64,000 bases of DNA. Source: Pseudomonadota bacterium (GTDB taxonomy: Bacteria > Bdellovibrionota > Bdellovibrionia > Bdellovibrionales > SG-bin7). Location: the NCBI GenBank assembly GCA_034439715.1, contig JAWXAY010000027.1:1-64000 (forward strand), given 5' to 3'. Below the pieces are notes generated by a model. That model was not told where the DNA came from. It made no database searches and saw only the letters and a list, made by a program, of their open reading frames with translations. A program made the translations under genes and the position numbers. Positions 1 to 10,523 of the stretch are shown one piece after another. How positions within the stretch are numbered: position 1 is the stretch's first letter; each line of letters begins with the position of its first letter.

Positions 1-2
1 CA

Positions 3-164
3 CTCGGCGCCCTAGAGATAAATGATTGTTCGACAGATCAACAGATAAAAAAGGCATTTAGAAGGCTAGCTAAATTATACCACCCTGATTTGAATAAAGA
101 CTCTCCACAAGGACAGGTATTCATTAAACTTCACGCCACCTATAAGATGCTTTTAAAAAGCTAA
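3..164 (+). CDS. 3' end of a J-domain (DnaJ-like) protein, truncated by the window edge
   Basis: Manual translation gives ...QIKKAFRRLAKLYHPDLNKD...*, with the HPD motif. Not in the ORF track. Confidence 0.85.
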   Translation, partial: LGALEINDCSTDQQIKKAFRRLAKLYHPDLNKDSPQGQVFIKLHATYKMLLKS

Positions 165-172
165 GAGTAGAA

Positions 173-1846
173 TTAGTGTATATTTCGGTAACGTATTCGT
201 TTGGGTTCAAGCGCATGAGATCCTAGTCGCTTTTTCTTGTCTTCCTCATACTCATTAAAATTACCAATAAACCAATCAACCTTACTATCCCCTTCAAAGC
301 ATAACATATGAGTACAAACGCGATCTAAAAACCAACGGTCATGGCTAATAATGATCGCATTGCCGCCAAACTCTAACAAAGCTTCTTCAAGTGCACGCAT
401 TGTATTCACATCAAGATCATTGGTTGGTTCATCGAGGAGCAAAAGGTTTCCTCCCTCACGAAGCATTTTTGCCAGATAAAAGCGATTGCGCTCTCCACCC
501 GATAACGTGCCAATTTTTTTATCTTGAGTTGAACCGGTGAAGTTAAACCGAGACAAGTAAGCGCGAGAACTCATTTCGATGTTACCGACCATAATGGTTT
601 CGTCGCCATTAGAAATCTGCTGCCAGATAGATTTATTGGCATCGAGATTTGAGCGCGTTTGATCAATGTAAGCTATCTTTACGGTGGAGCCAATATTTAA
701 GGTGCCTTCATCCGGCTTTTCTTGACCGACGAGCATTCTCAGTAGCGTAGTTTTTCCGGCGCCATTGGGCCCTATAACTCCGACAATAGCTCCCTTGGGC
801 ATTGTAAAGCTCAGATTTTCAAACAGGAGCTTGTCACCATACATTTTCGAAACGCCTTTTGCTTCAATAACGGTGTCCCCTAAACGAGGGCCGGGCGGGA
901 TATAAATTTGCAGTTCTTTGAGCTTCTCGTTCGTGGGCGCCTTTAGTAGATTTTCGTAGGCTGATAAGCGGGCCTTAGATTTTGCTTGGCGAGCTCGGGG
1001 AGACTGCCTTACCCATTCTAATTCTTTTTCTAATGATTTGTTTCTTTTCTCTTCACCTTTAGCTTCTATGGTCAAACGTTTGTCTTTCTGCTCCAGCCAC
1101 GAAGAATAATTGCCCTTCCAAGGTATTCCTTCTCCCCGGTCCAATTCCAAAATCCAACCGGCCACGTTATCTAAAAAGTATCTATCATGGGTGACGGCGA
1201 TAACTGTGCCCGGGAATTTTGCTAAGTATTGCTCAAGCCAAGCCACCGATTCAGCATCGAGATGGTTGGTGGGCTCGTCTAATAACAAAATATCTGGGTT
1301 AGAAATCAGCAGTCGACAGAGCGCAATTCGCCGTTTTTCTCCCCCTGAGAGATTATCAACTTTAGACTCGCCGGGTGGGCAACGTAGAGCCTCCATGGCC
1401 ATTTCTATTTTTTGATCAACTTCCCAGCCATTAGCAGCTTCAATTTTCTCTTGCAGATCACCTTGTTGATTGATGAGCTTATCCATCTCGTCAGGAGTTA
1501 TATCTCCCCCTAATTTTTCGCTAATGCGATTAAACTCTAGCAGCCATCTTTGCAAATCACCTAGTCCGTCCATCACATTTTCTTTAGCAGTTTTAGTAGA
1601 GTCTAAGTGGGGCTCTTGCTCTAAATATCCCACTTTAAAAGCTCGCGCGGGAAAAGCCTCTCCCAAAAAATCCTTATCCACCCCTGCCATAATTTTAAGT
1701 AGAGATGATTTTCCGGAGCCGTTAAGCCCTAGAACTCCAATTTTAGCTCCATAAAAATAAGATAAATAGATATCTTTTAAGACAAATTGATTGGGAGGAT
1801 ATAATTTACTTACACCCTTCATTGTATAAATAATTTCTTCAGCCAC
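173..1846 (-). CDS. ettA: Energy-dependent translational throttle ABC-F protein EttA
   Basis: Two ABC domains (GLNGSGKS and GPNGAGKT; LSGGE; LLLDEPTN), no TM segments, and EttA-typical motifs (GAKIGVLG, GEGIPWKGNYSSWLEQK, IPPGPRLG). Confidence 0.93.
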   Translation of the reverse strand: MAEEIIYTMKGVSKLYPPNQFVLKDIYLSYFYGAKIGVLGLNGSGKSSLLKIMAGVDKDFLGEAFPARAFKVGYLEQEPHLDSTKTAKENVMDGLGDLQRWLLEFNRISEKLGGDITPDEMDKLINQQGDLQEKIEAANGWEVDQKIEMAMEALRCPPGESKVDNLSGGEKRRIALCRLLISNPDILLLDEPTNHLDAESVAWLEQYLAKFPGTVIAVTHDRYFLDNVAGWILELDRGEGIPWKGNYSSWLEQKDKRLTIEAKGEEKRNKSLEKELEWVRQSPRARQAKSKARLSAYENLLKAPTNEKLKELQIYIPPGPRLGDTVIEAKGVSKMYGDKLLFENLSFTMPKGAIVGVIGPNGAGKTTLLRMLVGQEKPDEGTLNIGSTVKIAYIDQTRSNLDANKSIWQQISNGDETIMVGNIEMSSRAYLSRFNFTGSTQDKKIGTLSGGERNRFYLAKMLREGGNLLLLDEPTNDLDVNTMRALEEALLEFGGNAIIISHDRWFLDRVCTHMLCFEGDSKVDWFIGNFNEYEEDKKKRLGSHALEPKRIRYRNIH

Positions 1847-1866
1847 AAATCACCTCTCTAAAAGCA

Positions 1867-2631
1867 CTAAAAATACCTTCTGAATATTTCAAAAGCAATA
1901 GTGATTAACACAAGGGATAACATATATTGTCGCTTATGCGGTGCTATAAGATGTTGGCGCCCCGAGCCCCAATAGGCCGTTAGCGTGGCACCCGCGAAAA
2001 TCGTGAGTGCTACGGACCATTGCACCAGACCAGGGGTAGCGCTAAACACAGCTACCGAGGCTATAGTCGAAAAAAGCATACACGCGTTGGCTATTGGCAC
2101 GACATGGCTGGGATTTACAGATGGTAAAAGCGTCAAAAGCGAGGTCAAGATAAGCCCCACTCCGATTCCGGTAAATCCCCCGGAGGCGCCCGCCACCACA
2201 GCTATTAAAGTAAATAGTAATATTCTGCTAGTCCCTGGAATCCCCGTTGCAGGTAGCTTCTTTTTTAGAATCCCACTGGCCTGTAAAACCATCAAAAGGC
2301 TCAAGAATGAAAGGAGCGCAATCGTGGCTTTGGCAAGTGTTCTTTCATGAGATACCAAATTCATCCTGGCCGCAAAAAAAGCCCCTAGCGCTGTGCCAAT
2401 GGATAGGATCAGTGTTAACTTTAAGGAGACCTTTACGTTTCTTCGAAATGAAATCGTATTAAATAACACAATAAATAGAACGGTAGCCTGAGCTGTTGCA
2501 ATTACCGATCTGAGAGAAATATCTTTAATGTATGGCAAGAGCGGAACCACTAATACGCCGCCCCCAGCTCCCAGAAAGCTAGAAGTCAAACCGACGCCAA
2601 GTCCAAGAATTAATAAGATGAGAATGGTCAT
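1867..2631 (-). CDS. Sulfite exporter TauE/SafE (TSUP) family membrane protein
   Basis: Hydrophobic 254 aa protein with duplicated Gly-rich motifs (LGAGGGVLVVP; GGFTGIGVG). Confidence 0.8.
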   Translation of the reverse strand: MTILILLILGLGVGLTSSFLGAGGGVLVVPLLPYIKDISLRSVIATAQATVLFIVLFNTISFRRNVKVSLKLTLILSIGTALGAFFAARMNLVSHERTLAKATIALLSFLSLLMVLQASGILKKKLPATGIPGTSRILLFTLIAVVAGASGGFTGIGVGLILTSLLTLLPSVNPSHVVPIANACMLFSTIASVAVFSATPGLVQWSVALTIFAGATLTAYWGSGRQHLIAPHKRQYMLSLVLITIAFEIFRRYF

Positions 2632-2647
2632 TTTTGTCTCTTAAGAT

Positions 2648-3514
2648 TTATTTCTTCAGGCAATAAACATTCAATTCTGACGCGAGCGGTTTTTCAAAAA
2701 TCTCTGTGGCACTCAAATAAAATGGCCCCTCGCCCGATTCAATTCGGCTTTGAAAATCAATGAGGGTTTTTTCTGCACTGGGTATCACCGTAAATCCGGC
2801 AGGAGAATAGAGATTGTTGAAATGAGGGTCATCCCCCTTATCTTTAAAAAACTGCTCCCAGCGTTCAGTAGACACCTGCACCCGGTAGGTCAATGTGTGG
2901 GCATACGAGTGCACTGGGGTAAATGCTGTGAGCACTTCAAAGCGGCCGTAATGACAATGAAGCTTTAATGAAGGGCTCGTCCACTGAGTCATTCCACATT
3001 GGGTCGCAACATTGGCATACCATAAGCTAAAGGCCTTAGACAAAAAACCCAACGACCAATACTGATCTTCTTTTGGTACCAAAGAGTTAATGGAGCAAAG
3101 ATTATGTGCAATCCACTCCCCTTGATGCATTCCAGGAATAATAATAAAAAGAGAAATCGGCAACCACTCTCCTTGAGAGAGGGGTTTGAGCGTTTCAATA
3201 ACTTTTTTTGACAATGATTTTCGCCGAACCGCAAATCCAGCTGTAAATCCCGGCATTATTGCACAATCATAAAATACCCAGCGCGGCATCGACATATTAC
3301 TTGCGGTAAAGGCTTTAGTTTCAAGATTAAGAATTTCATTGGCAAACTCGACTTCATTCATGCGAAGTGGGTCCATCTGTAAAGGCTCTTTTTGAAACCA
3401 CGATACTTTATGAAGTGTTCCCGGATTCTTAACCTGATTTTCATTCCTGACAAAGACATATGGCCTTACGTCATCATTAAAGAGCCAGGGGATGTTTTCT
3501 TTTGATAAATTCAT
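2648..3514 (-). CDS. Hypothetical protein
   Basis: 288-aa ORF tightly packed between fumC and TSUP; no family recognised. Confidence 0.8.
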   Translation of the reverse strand: MNLSKENIPWLFNDDVRPYVFVRNENQVKNPGTLHKVSWFQKEPLQMDPLRMNEVEFANEILNLETKAFTASNMSMPRWVFYDCAIMPGFTAGFAVRRKSLSKKVIETLKPLSQGEWLPISLFIIIPGMHQGEWIAHNLCSINSLVPKEDQYWSLGFLSKAFSLWYANVATQCGMTQWTSPSLKLHCHYGRFEVLTAFTPVHSYAHTLTYRVQVSTERWEQFFKDKGDDPHFNNLYSPAGFTVIPSAEKTLIDFQSRIESGEGPFYLSATEIFEKPLASELNVYCLKK

Positions 3515-3521
3515 TTACCGC

Positions 3522-4901
3522 CTATTTTTCTGAAGGGCCAAGCATCTTTTCAGGACGCACGACTTCGTCAAATTTTTTCTCATCCAATAATTTCAGCTGG
3601 ACTGCGGCTTGCTTGAGAGTGAGATTTTTCTCATGAGCCAGTTTGGCAATTTTTGCCGCGTTATCATAGCCAATAATGGGATTTAAGGCAGTGACTAGCA
3701 TTAAGGACTCGTCAAGATGACGCTTGATCCGCTCAGTGTTCGCGACGATACCCTCGACACAATGCTCGCGAAAACTCTCACAGGCGTCAGAGAGCAAGCG
3801 AATGGAGTTAAGCACATTAAAGACTATCAGAGGTTTAAATACGTTAAGTTCAAAATTCCCCGATAGCCCACCAATGCTAACAGCCATATCATTGCCGATA
3901 ACTTGGCAACAAACCATTGTCATCGCTTCACATTGAGTAGGGTTTACCTTTCCTGGCATAATGGAGCTTCCAGGTTCATTGGCTGGCAAATTGAGCTCAC
4001 CAATGCCACTACGAGGACCACTGCCGAGCCAACGAATGTCATTGGCAATTTTCATGAGACTACAGGCTAATGTCTTTAAGCTGCCGCTCATCTGCACCAA
4101 AGCATCATGGGTTGCTAAGGCCTCAAATTTATTTTTTGCGCTGGTAAATAGGATTTTAGTTTGAAGGGCAATTTCTTGAGACACTTTATCAGCAAATTTC
4201 GGGTGAGTGTTGAGACCTGTGCCGACTGCCGTGCCACCAATAGCTAATTCAAGGACATGAGGCAATGCGGATTTTACTCGCTCAATGCTGTGAGTAAGCT
4301 GCGTGGCATAGCCAGAGAATTCTTGTCCCAAAGTCAGGGGCGTGGCATCCATCAAATGGGTTCTACCAATCTTTATTATTTCATTAAACGCTTTGGCTTT
4401 TTCATTGAGCGCTTTTTGCAGTCGAACTAAGGCCGGCAGCAGCGCTTGATTAACTCTTTCGGCAACAGCAATATGCATAGCTGTCGGAAAGGTATCATTA
4501 GAAGACTGCCCCCTATTTACATCATCATTAGGATGGATATCTTTCGTACCTTTTAATTGCGCGGCCCGGTTAGCAATGACTTCGTTGGCATTCATATTTG
4601 TTTGCGTTCCGCTTCCCGTTTGCCACACGACTAGCGGAAACTGTTCATCGAGTGTTCCAGCAATAACTTCGTCGGCGGCGTGCATAATGAATTTTGCTTT
4701 GTCTTCGGGAAGTAGACCTAATTCAGCATTTACTTTTGCCGCACATTTTTTTAAAACACCCATAGCTCGTATCATCTCGCGTGGAAATCTGTCGCCGCCA
4801 ATTTTAAAATTTTCTAAGGATCTTTGCGTCTGCGCACCCCAAAGCTTTGAATTGTCTACTTTAATTTCGCCCATACTGTCCTTCTCAACGCGAAAATCCA
4901 T
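3522..4901 (-). CDS. fumC: Class II fumarate hydratase
   Basis: [11 protein letters not shown] signature, [12 protein letters not shown] and [12 protein letters not shown]. Start set at ATG 4901 (GTG 4907 is an alternative). Confidence 0.97.
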   Translation of the reverse strand: MDFRVEKDSMGEIKVDNSKLWGAQTQRSLENFKIGGDRFPREMIRAMGVLKKCAAKVNAELGLLPEDKAKFIMHAADEVIAGTLDEQFPLVVWQTGSGTQTNMNANEVIANRAAQLKGTKDIHPNDDVNRGQSSNDTFPTAMHIAVAERVNQALLPALVRLQKALNEKAKAFNEIIKIGRTHLMDATPLTLGQEFSGYATQLTHSIERVKSALPHVLELAIGGTAVGTGLNTHPKFADKVSQEIALQTKILFTSAKNKFEALATHDALVQMSGSLKTLACSLMKIANDIRWLGSGPRSGIGELNLPANEPGSSIMPGKVNPTQCEAMTMVCCQVIGNDMAVSIGGLSGNFELNVFKPLIVFNVLNSIRLLSDACESFREHCVEGIVANTERIKRHLDESLMLVTALNPIIGYDNAAKIAKLAHEKNLTLKQAAVQLKLLDEKKFDEVVRPEKMLGPSEK

Positions 4902-4970
4902 ACCCACCCCCGAAAATTCAAGTTATTTTCACTTGCCGCCCGCAAAAAGTAAATAGTAAATAACCCTCAT

Positions 4971-5426
4971 ATGAAACATTGGTTGATGAAGTCAGAGCCC
5001 AGCACCTACTCGATTGACGACCTCGCCCGCGACAAATGCACGCTCTGGGAGGGCGTCAGAAACTATCAAGCGCGAAATTTTATGATGAAAGACATGAAAG
5101 TTGGCGATGATTTCATTTTTTATCACTCAAGCGCTGAACCAAGCAGTGCTGCTGGCCTAGGCAGAATTACTCGAGTTTGCATTCCTGACTCTACGGCTTT
5201 AAATAAAAAAAGTGAGTATTACGATGCCAAGGCGACTATTGATAACCCGATTTGGTATTGTGTGGAGGTCAAATTTTTAGAAAAGTTTGCACATCCCCAA
5301 TCATTAGATGACCTGCGTGCTGCAAAAGCATTATCTAACATGCTTCTGCTAAAGCGGGGCACTAGGCTTTCTGTGCAACCTTTAACTCCCGATGAGTTCC
5401 AAATCATCTGCAAGATGGGGCAATAA
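4971..5426 (+). CDS. EVE domain protein
   Basis: WLMKSEP, WEGVRNYQARNFM, FYHS and RLSVQP motifs. Confidence 0.93.
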   Translation: MKHWLMKSEPSTYSIDDLARDKCTLWEGVRNYQARNFMMKDMKVGDDFIFYHSSAEPSSAAGLGRITRVCIPDSTALNKKSEYYDAKATIDNPIWYCVEVKFLEKFAHPQSLDDLRAAKALSNMLLLKRGTRLSVQPLTPDEFQIICKMGQ

Positions 5427-6424
5427 TGAAAATTTTTTTAGCCCCAATGGAAGGCATATTTGATCCTCTGATGCGCGAGGCTTTTACTTCGGTTGGCGGC
5501 TATGACCAATGTGCCACCGAGTTTGTCAGAGTAACTCACACGATTTTGCCAAAAAAAACATTTATTGATTTTTCGCCGGAGCTCCTAAATGGGGGACTCA
5601 CAAAGTCAGGAGTGCCCGTTTATATTCAACTCTTAGGAGGCAATCCCGAAAACGTCGCTTTAAATGCAAAGAATGCGGCCAGTTTTGGCGCACCGGGGAT
5701 TGATCTCAATTTTGGTTGTCCCGCAAAAACAGTCAACAATCACGATGGGGGGGCTGCCATCTTAAAAAACCCACACCGAGTACACGATATCACTCACGCG
5801 GTGAGACGCGAAGTTCCAAAAAATATTCGGGTCACAGTTAAAATGCGGTTGGGGTTTAGTCACCCCGATTGGGCGGTCGAAATCGCACAGGGTGCTGAAG
5901 CGGCTGGCGCTGCCGCGATTGTCGTTCACGCGAGAACGCGCAACGACGGCTACAAGCCGCCCGCTCACTGGCACTTCATTCGAAAAATTAAAGAGGCTTT
6001 AAAAATTCCGGTTATAGCTAATGGTGATATCTGGTGTTTTGAAGATTATAAAAGATGTCGTGAGATATCAGGGTGCGAAGATGTAATGCTGGGCCGTGGA
6101 GCCTTGGCCCGACCCGATTTGGCTTTGCAAATAAAAAATGGGACTGATGAATTCGCTTGGGGTTGGTCTGAAGTTAAAAAATTTGTTGAATTATTTTTAG
6201 TGAAAGCCCATCAAGCAGAGGGCGAAAGTTACTCCATCAATCGCACGAAACAGTGGCTGAAAACTCTCTCGAGAAATTTTAGTGAGGCCCAGGACCTTTT
6301 TGAACGGGTAAAAACAAAAACGGATTATAGCGATTTTAAAACCTCAGTTCTGTTTTCTCCCTCATTCTTAACTCCTGAGAGAAATAGTCAACTAGGCGTG
6401 GTTTTACCTCGACAAATGTTTTAG
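5426..6424 (+). CDS. tRNA-dihydrouridine synthase (DusC-like)
   Basis: LAPMEG, EFVRVT, QLLG, DLNFGCP, VHART and ANGDI motifs; TAATG coupling to the EVE gene. Confidence 0.9.
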   Translation: MKIFLAPMEGIFDPLMREAFTSVGGYDQCATEFVRVTHTILPKKTFIDFSPELLNGGLTKSGVPVYIQLLGGNPENVALNAKNAASFGAPGIDLNFGCPAKTVNNHDGGAAILKNPHRVHDITHAVRREVPKNIRVTVKMRLGFSHPDWAVEIAQGAEAAGAAAIVVHARTRNDGYKPPAHWHFIRKIKEALKIPVIANGDIWCFEDYKRCREISGCEDVMLGRGALARPDLALQIKNGTDEFAWGWSEVKKFVELFLVKAHQAEGESYSINRTKQWLKTLSRNFSEAQDLFERVKTKTDYSDFKTSVLFSPSFLTPERNSQLGVVLPRQMF

Positions 6425-7394
6425 CTTTTGCCACCAAAGAATATAACTGCTGACCAAAATCTAGCCAGCAGCTACCGTTAAGTACAAAAAAGCGAAATTT
6501 TTTATAACCGAGCTCCGGTCCATAATCGTTCAGTAGGTAATCAGCCATTCTCAATAAAATTTTACCATACTCGTTAGCCTCTTCGAGGCCACCCTTAGGG
6601 GCCAAACCTCGACGCCCTATTGGTGGTGCAAAACCTAATTTTTCGCCAATCTGCCAAAGTAACCAAGGTTTTGCAGTTAAGGCTCTGCCGACCATAACCA
6701 TGTCGCATCCGGTTTGCTTTAACATCGCAAAAACATCGTCGGCAATTTGCACGTCACCATTGCCAATAACAGGAATACTCAAATGTTCTCTGACAAGTTT
6801 AATTTGCCTCCAGTCAGCACGGCCCCGACGTTGTTGTTCGGCCCGACGTGGGTGAAAGCTAATCCAGCTCGCTCCCGCTGACTCTAAATTTTTAACGAAA
6901 CCTTTGAGGAACTCGGGTTCACCCGTAAAACCCGCTCTTAGTTTTACTGATACTGGCAGATGAGTGCTCCTGACCGTCATGGCTACTACCTCGGCGGCAT
7001 AAGCGGCGTCGCCCATAAGGGACACCCCAAAATTGTGCTTTAAAGCTTTTTTTACGGGACAGCCCATATTAATATCGATAGCGGTGGCCCCCCAGCCCTC
7101 GAGTTTGCGCACGGAACGGCTAATATAAGTTTCTTCATTCCCCAGTATCTGTGGCACGAGATTGGTTTCCTCGCTATCTCGCCGAGACTCTGCCAGCCTC
7201 GTCAAATCCTCGTCAGGGAGCCGGCGGCTGTTAAGCATTTCTGTTGGCCAAATTGTCCTCGCCCCTGCCGGCAAATATTCCCTCAACAACCTCCTAAAAC
7301 TAACATGAGACAGGCCCACCATGGGAGCCAAACACACCGGAAAATTTACTTTCTGTTGTAATAGTTCGCGCCTAAAAATGGACAATGGCACCAC
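6336..7394 (-). CDS. tRNA-dihydrouridine synthase (DusB-like)
   Basis: LAPMVG, QILG, DINMGCP, HPR, GNGDV and VMVGR motifs. Confidence 0.9.
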   Translation of the reverse strand: MVPLSIFRRELLQQKVNFPVCLAPMVGLSHVSFRRLLREYLPAGARTIWPTEMLNSRRLPDEDLTRLAESRRDSEETNLVPQILGNEETYISRSVRKLEGWGATAIDINMGCPVKKALKHNFGVSLMGDAAYAAEVVAMTVRSTHLPVSVKLRAGFTGEPEFLKGFVKNLESAGASWISFHPRRAEQQRRGRADWRQIKLVREHLSIPVIGNGDVQIADDVFAMLKQTGCDMVMVGRALTAKPWLLWQIGEKLGFAPPIGRRGLAPKGGLEEANEYGKILLRMADYLLNDYGPELGYKKFRFFVLNGSCWLDFGQQLYSLVAKAKTFVEVKPRLVDYFSQELRMREKTELRF

Positions 7395-7471
7395 CTGCTA
7401 CTGCGAATGTATCTAACAGAAGTAAAAAGGTAAACCTTGACCGTCGTTTTTTTTGGTGTCACACAAAAGAA

Positions 7472-8596
7472 ATGACGAAAACACAGAGTAAAAATAGTGT
7501 TGGCATACTTGGCGGAGGTCAGTTGGCACGAATGCTCGCCCTGGCAGCACACAATATGGGCCTCATACCTTGGGTGCTGTCCACAAGTCCCGACGACCCA
7601 GCGGCCCAAGTGACAAAATGGTGGATTAAAGGTGATCCCAATAATCCAAAAGATCTTAGTCGATTTTTAAAAAATGTTGACGTTTTGACTGTAGAAAGTG
7701 AATTTCTTGATGCCGCTGTTCTCGAAAGAGTTTGCAAAAATAATAAAGTAAAAATTTTTCCGAGCGCGAATTTGCTTTTTCTCTTGCAAGATAAGCTCAG
7801 CCAAAAAATTATCTTGCGAAAATCTAACCTTCCCACATTGCCCTTTATCGACATTCAGCATGCCTCGCATCTCGATTTTGCAGTTAAACTTTTTGGCCTG
7901 CCGTTGGTTTTAAAAAAACGCCGCTTTGGCTATGACGGCTATGGTATTTTTATATTAAAATCTTCTCGGGATTTAAACTCAATCCTCAAATCTCTAGATT
8001 TTAAAAATAGTCCGTGCATTGCGGAGCCTTGGTTTAAGTTCAAAAGAGAACTTGCCGTGACGATCGCCAGAAGCAAAAAGGGACAAATTAGAATATTACC
8101 ATTAGTAGAAACAAAACAGAAAAATTCGATTTGCCATTGGGTCAAGGGTCCAGTGAAGTCTAAATTTTTTAATAAGATGGTGAAACCAATATGTCGTTTT
8201 TTAAAAAAAATAGACTATGTTGGAGCAATATCTTTTGAGTTTTTTGAAACCAAAAAAGAACTCGTCATTAATGAGTTGGCACCGAGAGTTCACAATTCTG
8301 CCCACTACAGTATTGACGCTCTGACCACCAGCCAATTTGATTACCACCTCAAGGCAATTATTGGTCATGACCTCCCCGTCAGTAAAACTATTCAGCCCGC
8401 TTTTGGCACGGTCAATCTATTGGGAAGCGGCAAAAAGAACTCGCAATTGGCAAACTCTCCTGATACCTTTCTTCATTGGTACGGAAAGTCCATAAAAAGA
8501 AAGGGCCGAAAAATGGGACACGTTAATTCTCTGGGTGATACTCCGGCGCAGGCGCTGGCGAAAGCACGACAGGCCGAAAAAGAGTTTTCTAAATGA
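7472..8596 (+). CDS. purK: N5-CAIR synthetase
   Basis: [27 protein letters not shown] and GRKMGH motifs. Start moved to ATG 7472. ATGA-coupled to purE. Confidence 0.95.
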   Translation: MTKTQSKNSVGILGGGQLARMLALAAHNMGLIPWVLSTSPDDPAAQVTKWWIKGDPNNPKDLSRFLKNVDVLTVESEFLDAAVLERVCKNNKVKIFPSANLLFLLQDKLSQKIILRKSNLPTLPFIDIQHASHLDFAVKLFGLPLVLKKRRFGYDGYGIFILKSSRDLNSILKSLDFKNSPCIAEPWFKFKRELAVTIARSKKGQIRILPLVETKQKNSICHWVKGPVKSKFFNKMVKPICRFLKKIDYVGAISFEFFETKKELVINELAPRVHNSAHYSIDALTTSQFDYHLKAIIGHDLPVSKTIQPAFGTVNLLGSGKKNSQLANSPDTFLHWYGKSIKRKGRKMGHVNSLGDTPAQALAKARQAEKEFSK

Positions 8597-9078
8597 AATC
8601 AAAAGTCGCCATTATTATGGGTAGTGATTCGGATCTTGCAAAGATGAAAGATGCTAGTCGAATTCTCAAAGAATTTGATGTCAATTTTGAAATAAAAATA
8701 GTTTCAGCTCATCGCTCACCGAAATTCATGTTCGAGTATGCCGAAAAAGCCGAACGTCGCGGTGTAGAAATTATCATTGCCGCTGCCGGCGGGGCCGCAC
8801 ACTTGCCTGGCATGGTGGCGTCGATTTCAGATCTTCCAGTTATCGGTGTGCCCATTAATCAGAATAAGCTCGAGGGAATCGATGCGCTTCTGTCAATTGC
8901 CCAAATGCCCAAAGGAGTACCGGTTGCCACAATGGCTATTGATAATTCCTATAACGCGGGCCTTTTAGCGGTACGCATGCTGGCCCGGGACAATCCTAAA
9001 TTGAAACGTAAACTTAAGATTTTTAAAATGAAGCTACAGACTAAAGTAAGAGTTGCTAACCAAAACCTCGTAAAATAA
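8593..9078 (+). CDS. purE: N5-CAIR mutase
   Basis: [20 protein letters not shown] and [10 protein letters not shown] motifs. Confidence 0.97.
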   Translation: MKSKVAIIMGSDSDLAKMKDASRILKEFDVNFEIKIVSAHRSPKFMFEYAEKAERRGVEIIIAAAGGAAHLPGMVASISDLPVIGVPINQNKLEGIDALLSIAQMPKGVPVATMAIDNSYNAGLLAVRMLARDNPKLKRKLKIFKMKLQTKVRVANQNLVK

Positions 9079-9124
9079 AGGCCTTATACCCCCAGATCCA
9101 GACCCGACAAGAGCAGTTCCAGAC

Positions 9125-9152
9125 TAAAATCTTCTCCCTCTAAAGCCGACAA
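9125..9152 (+). promoter_or_regulatory. FliA (sigma28)-like promoter for the RR-HDOD-HK-RR cassette
   Basis: TAAA-N16-GCCGACAA ending 23 bp before ATG 9176. Confidence 0.55.
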
Positions 9153-9175
9153 ACAAGTGGAAGGGAGATACCCTA

Positions 9176-9607
9176 ATGGATAATACAATTACAGAAAGCT
9201 CCAAGACCGAGGAGTACATTTTAGTTGCCGAGGACTCAGCTCCCAATCGCAATATTTTGGCACATCTTCTGAAACGATTTGGCTACCAAGTTTTGGATTG
9301 TGACGACGGCGAAAAGGCCTGGAAAACTCTAGAGAGCTCGCGAGATAAAAAAATTGTTGGGGTGTTCTCAGACATCATGATGCCCAACATGAGTGGCATC
9401 GAATTTTTAAAAAAAGTGCGGAGCGACAGTCAATATAAAACCATGATCTTCGTATTGATAACTGCTGTCACTGAGAAAGAATATATTACTGAAGCCAAGG
9501 TATTAAATGTGAATGGGTACATTTTGAAGCCGGTCACATCTGAACGCGTGAAAAATAAATTGCGTGAGCTATATCCAACGAGAGAAATCCCGAAATTAAC
9601 TGGTTGA
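9176..9607 (+). CDS. Single-domain response regulator (CheY-like)
   Basis: VAEDS, SDIMMP (phospho-Asp), LITA and YILKP motifs. Confidence 0.92.
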   Translation: MDNTITESSKTEEYILVAEDSAPNRNILAHLLKRFGYQVLDCDDGEKAWKTLESSRDKKIVGVFSDIMMPNMSGIEFLKKVRSDSQYKTMIFVLITAVTEKEYITEAKVLNVNGYILKPVTSERVKNKLRELYPTREIPKLTG

Positions 9608-9623
9608 GGAACTTGCAGGTCCT

Positions 9624-10514
9624 ATGGAGAATAACGAAGCAGCATCGACAGATTTTTTATTGCAAAACTTGGAGTCTCTCCCAACTCTACCCATTATCGT
9701 TTATGAACTTACCGAGTTAATAAATGACCCCATGTCTTCGACGGCTGAAATTGAAAAAGTAATGATTAATGACCAGAGTATGACAACCAAAGTGTTACGA
9801 CTGGTCAATTCGGCATACTATGCAATTCCGGGTGGGGTAACTTCTGTTTCAAGAGCAATCGCTTATTTGGGTTTCGATACCGTAAACCAATTAGTGCTCG
9901 GATCATCCATAATTGAATCACTTAAATGTGAAGATAACGAATATTTCAAGCTTGAACCCTTTTGGCAACATTCAGTGGGAGTGGCTATTGCGAGTGAAAC
10001 TATCGCCAAACATATTAAATTAACTAAACAGACCGATATCTTCACGTCAGGATTAGTCCACGACATGGGAAAAATCGCTCTGGCAAACATTGCTCCTGAA
10101 ATTCTTGTTCAAACCTGCAAAATTGCCATAGAAGCAGGAATATCTATGGATGAAGCGGAAAAACAAATGGGGGCTCCTCAACACACTGAGGTGGGTGCAC
10201 TTCTGGCGAAAAAGTGGAAACTCCCAGGTCTCATTGAAAATGTCGTAAGACACCATCATCAAGCAGACTCCTTGCGCCGTGGTGGGGTCTCCAGCGAGAT
10301 GAATCAAACCGTTGATATCGTAATGTTAGCTAATCTCTTGATCCATGCCTTAAAGTTTGGATCTAGTGGACATAACAAAATTGAGGGCGCGCCCAAATCT
10401 CTACTCGAACGCTTAAGCATTCAGCCCGACTTAATAAAGACTTTAATATTAAAAATCAAAGATAATTTACAGAGTGCTGACGGATTTCTAAGAGTCCTCG
10501 GCACCAAGGGTTAG
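9624..10514 (+). CDS. HDOD domain protein
   Basis: LPTLP, VLRLVNSAYY, FWQHS, GLVHDMGK, HTEVG and W..P motifs. Confidence 0.93.
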   Translation: MENNEAASTDFLLQNLESLPTLPIIVYELTELINDPMSSTAEIEKVMINDQSMTTKVLRLVNSAYYAIPGGVTSVSRAIAYLGFDTVNQLVLGSSIIESLKCEDNEYFKLEPFWQHSVGVAIASETIAKHIKLTKQTDIFTSGLVHDMGKIALANIAPEILVQTCKIAIEAGISMDEAEKQMGAPQHTEVGALLAKKWKLPGLIENVVRHHHQADSLRRGGVSSEMNQTVDIVMLANLLIHALKFGSSGHNKIEGAPKSLLERLSIQPDLIKTLILKIKDNLQSADGFLRVLGTKG

Positions 10515-10523
10515 AAAAGAATC

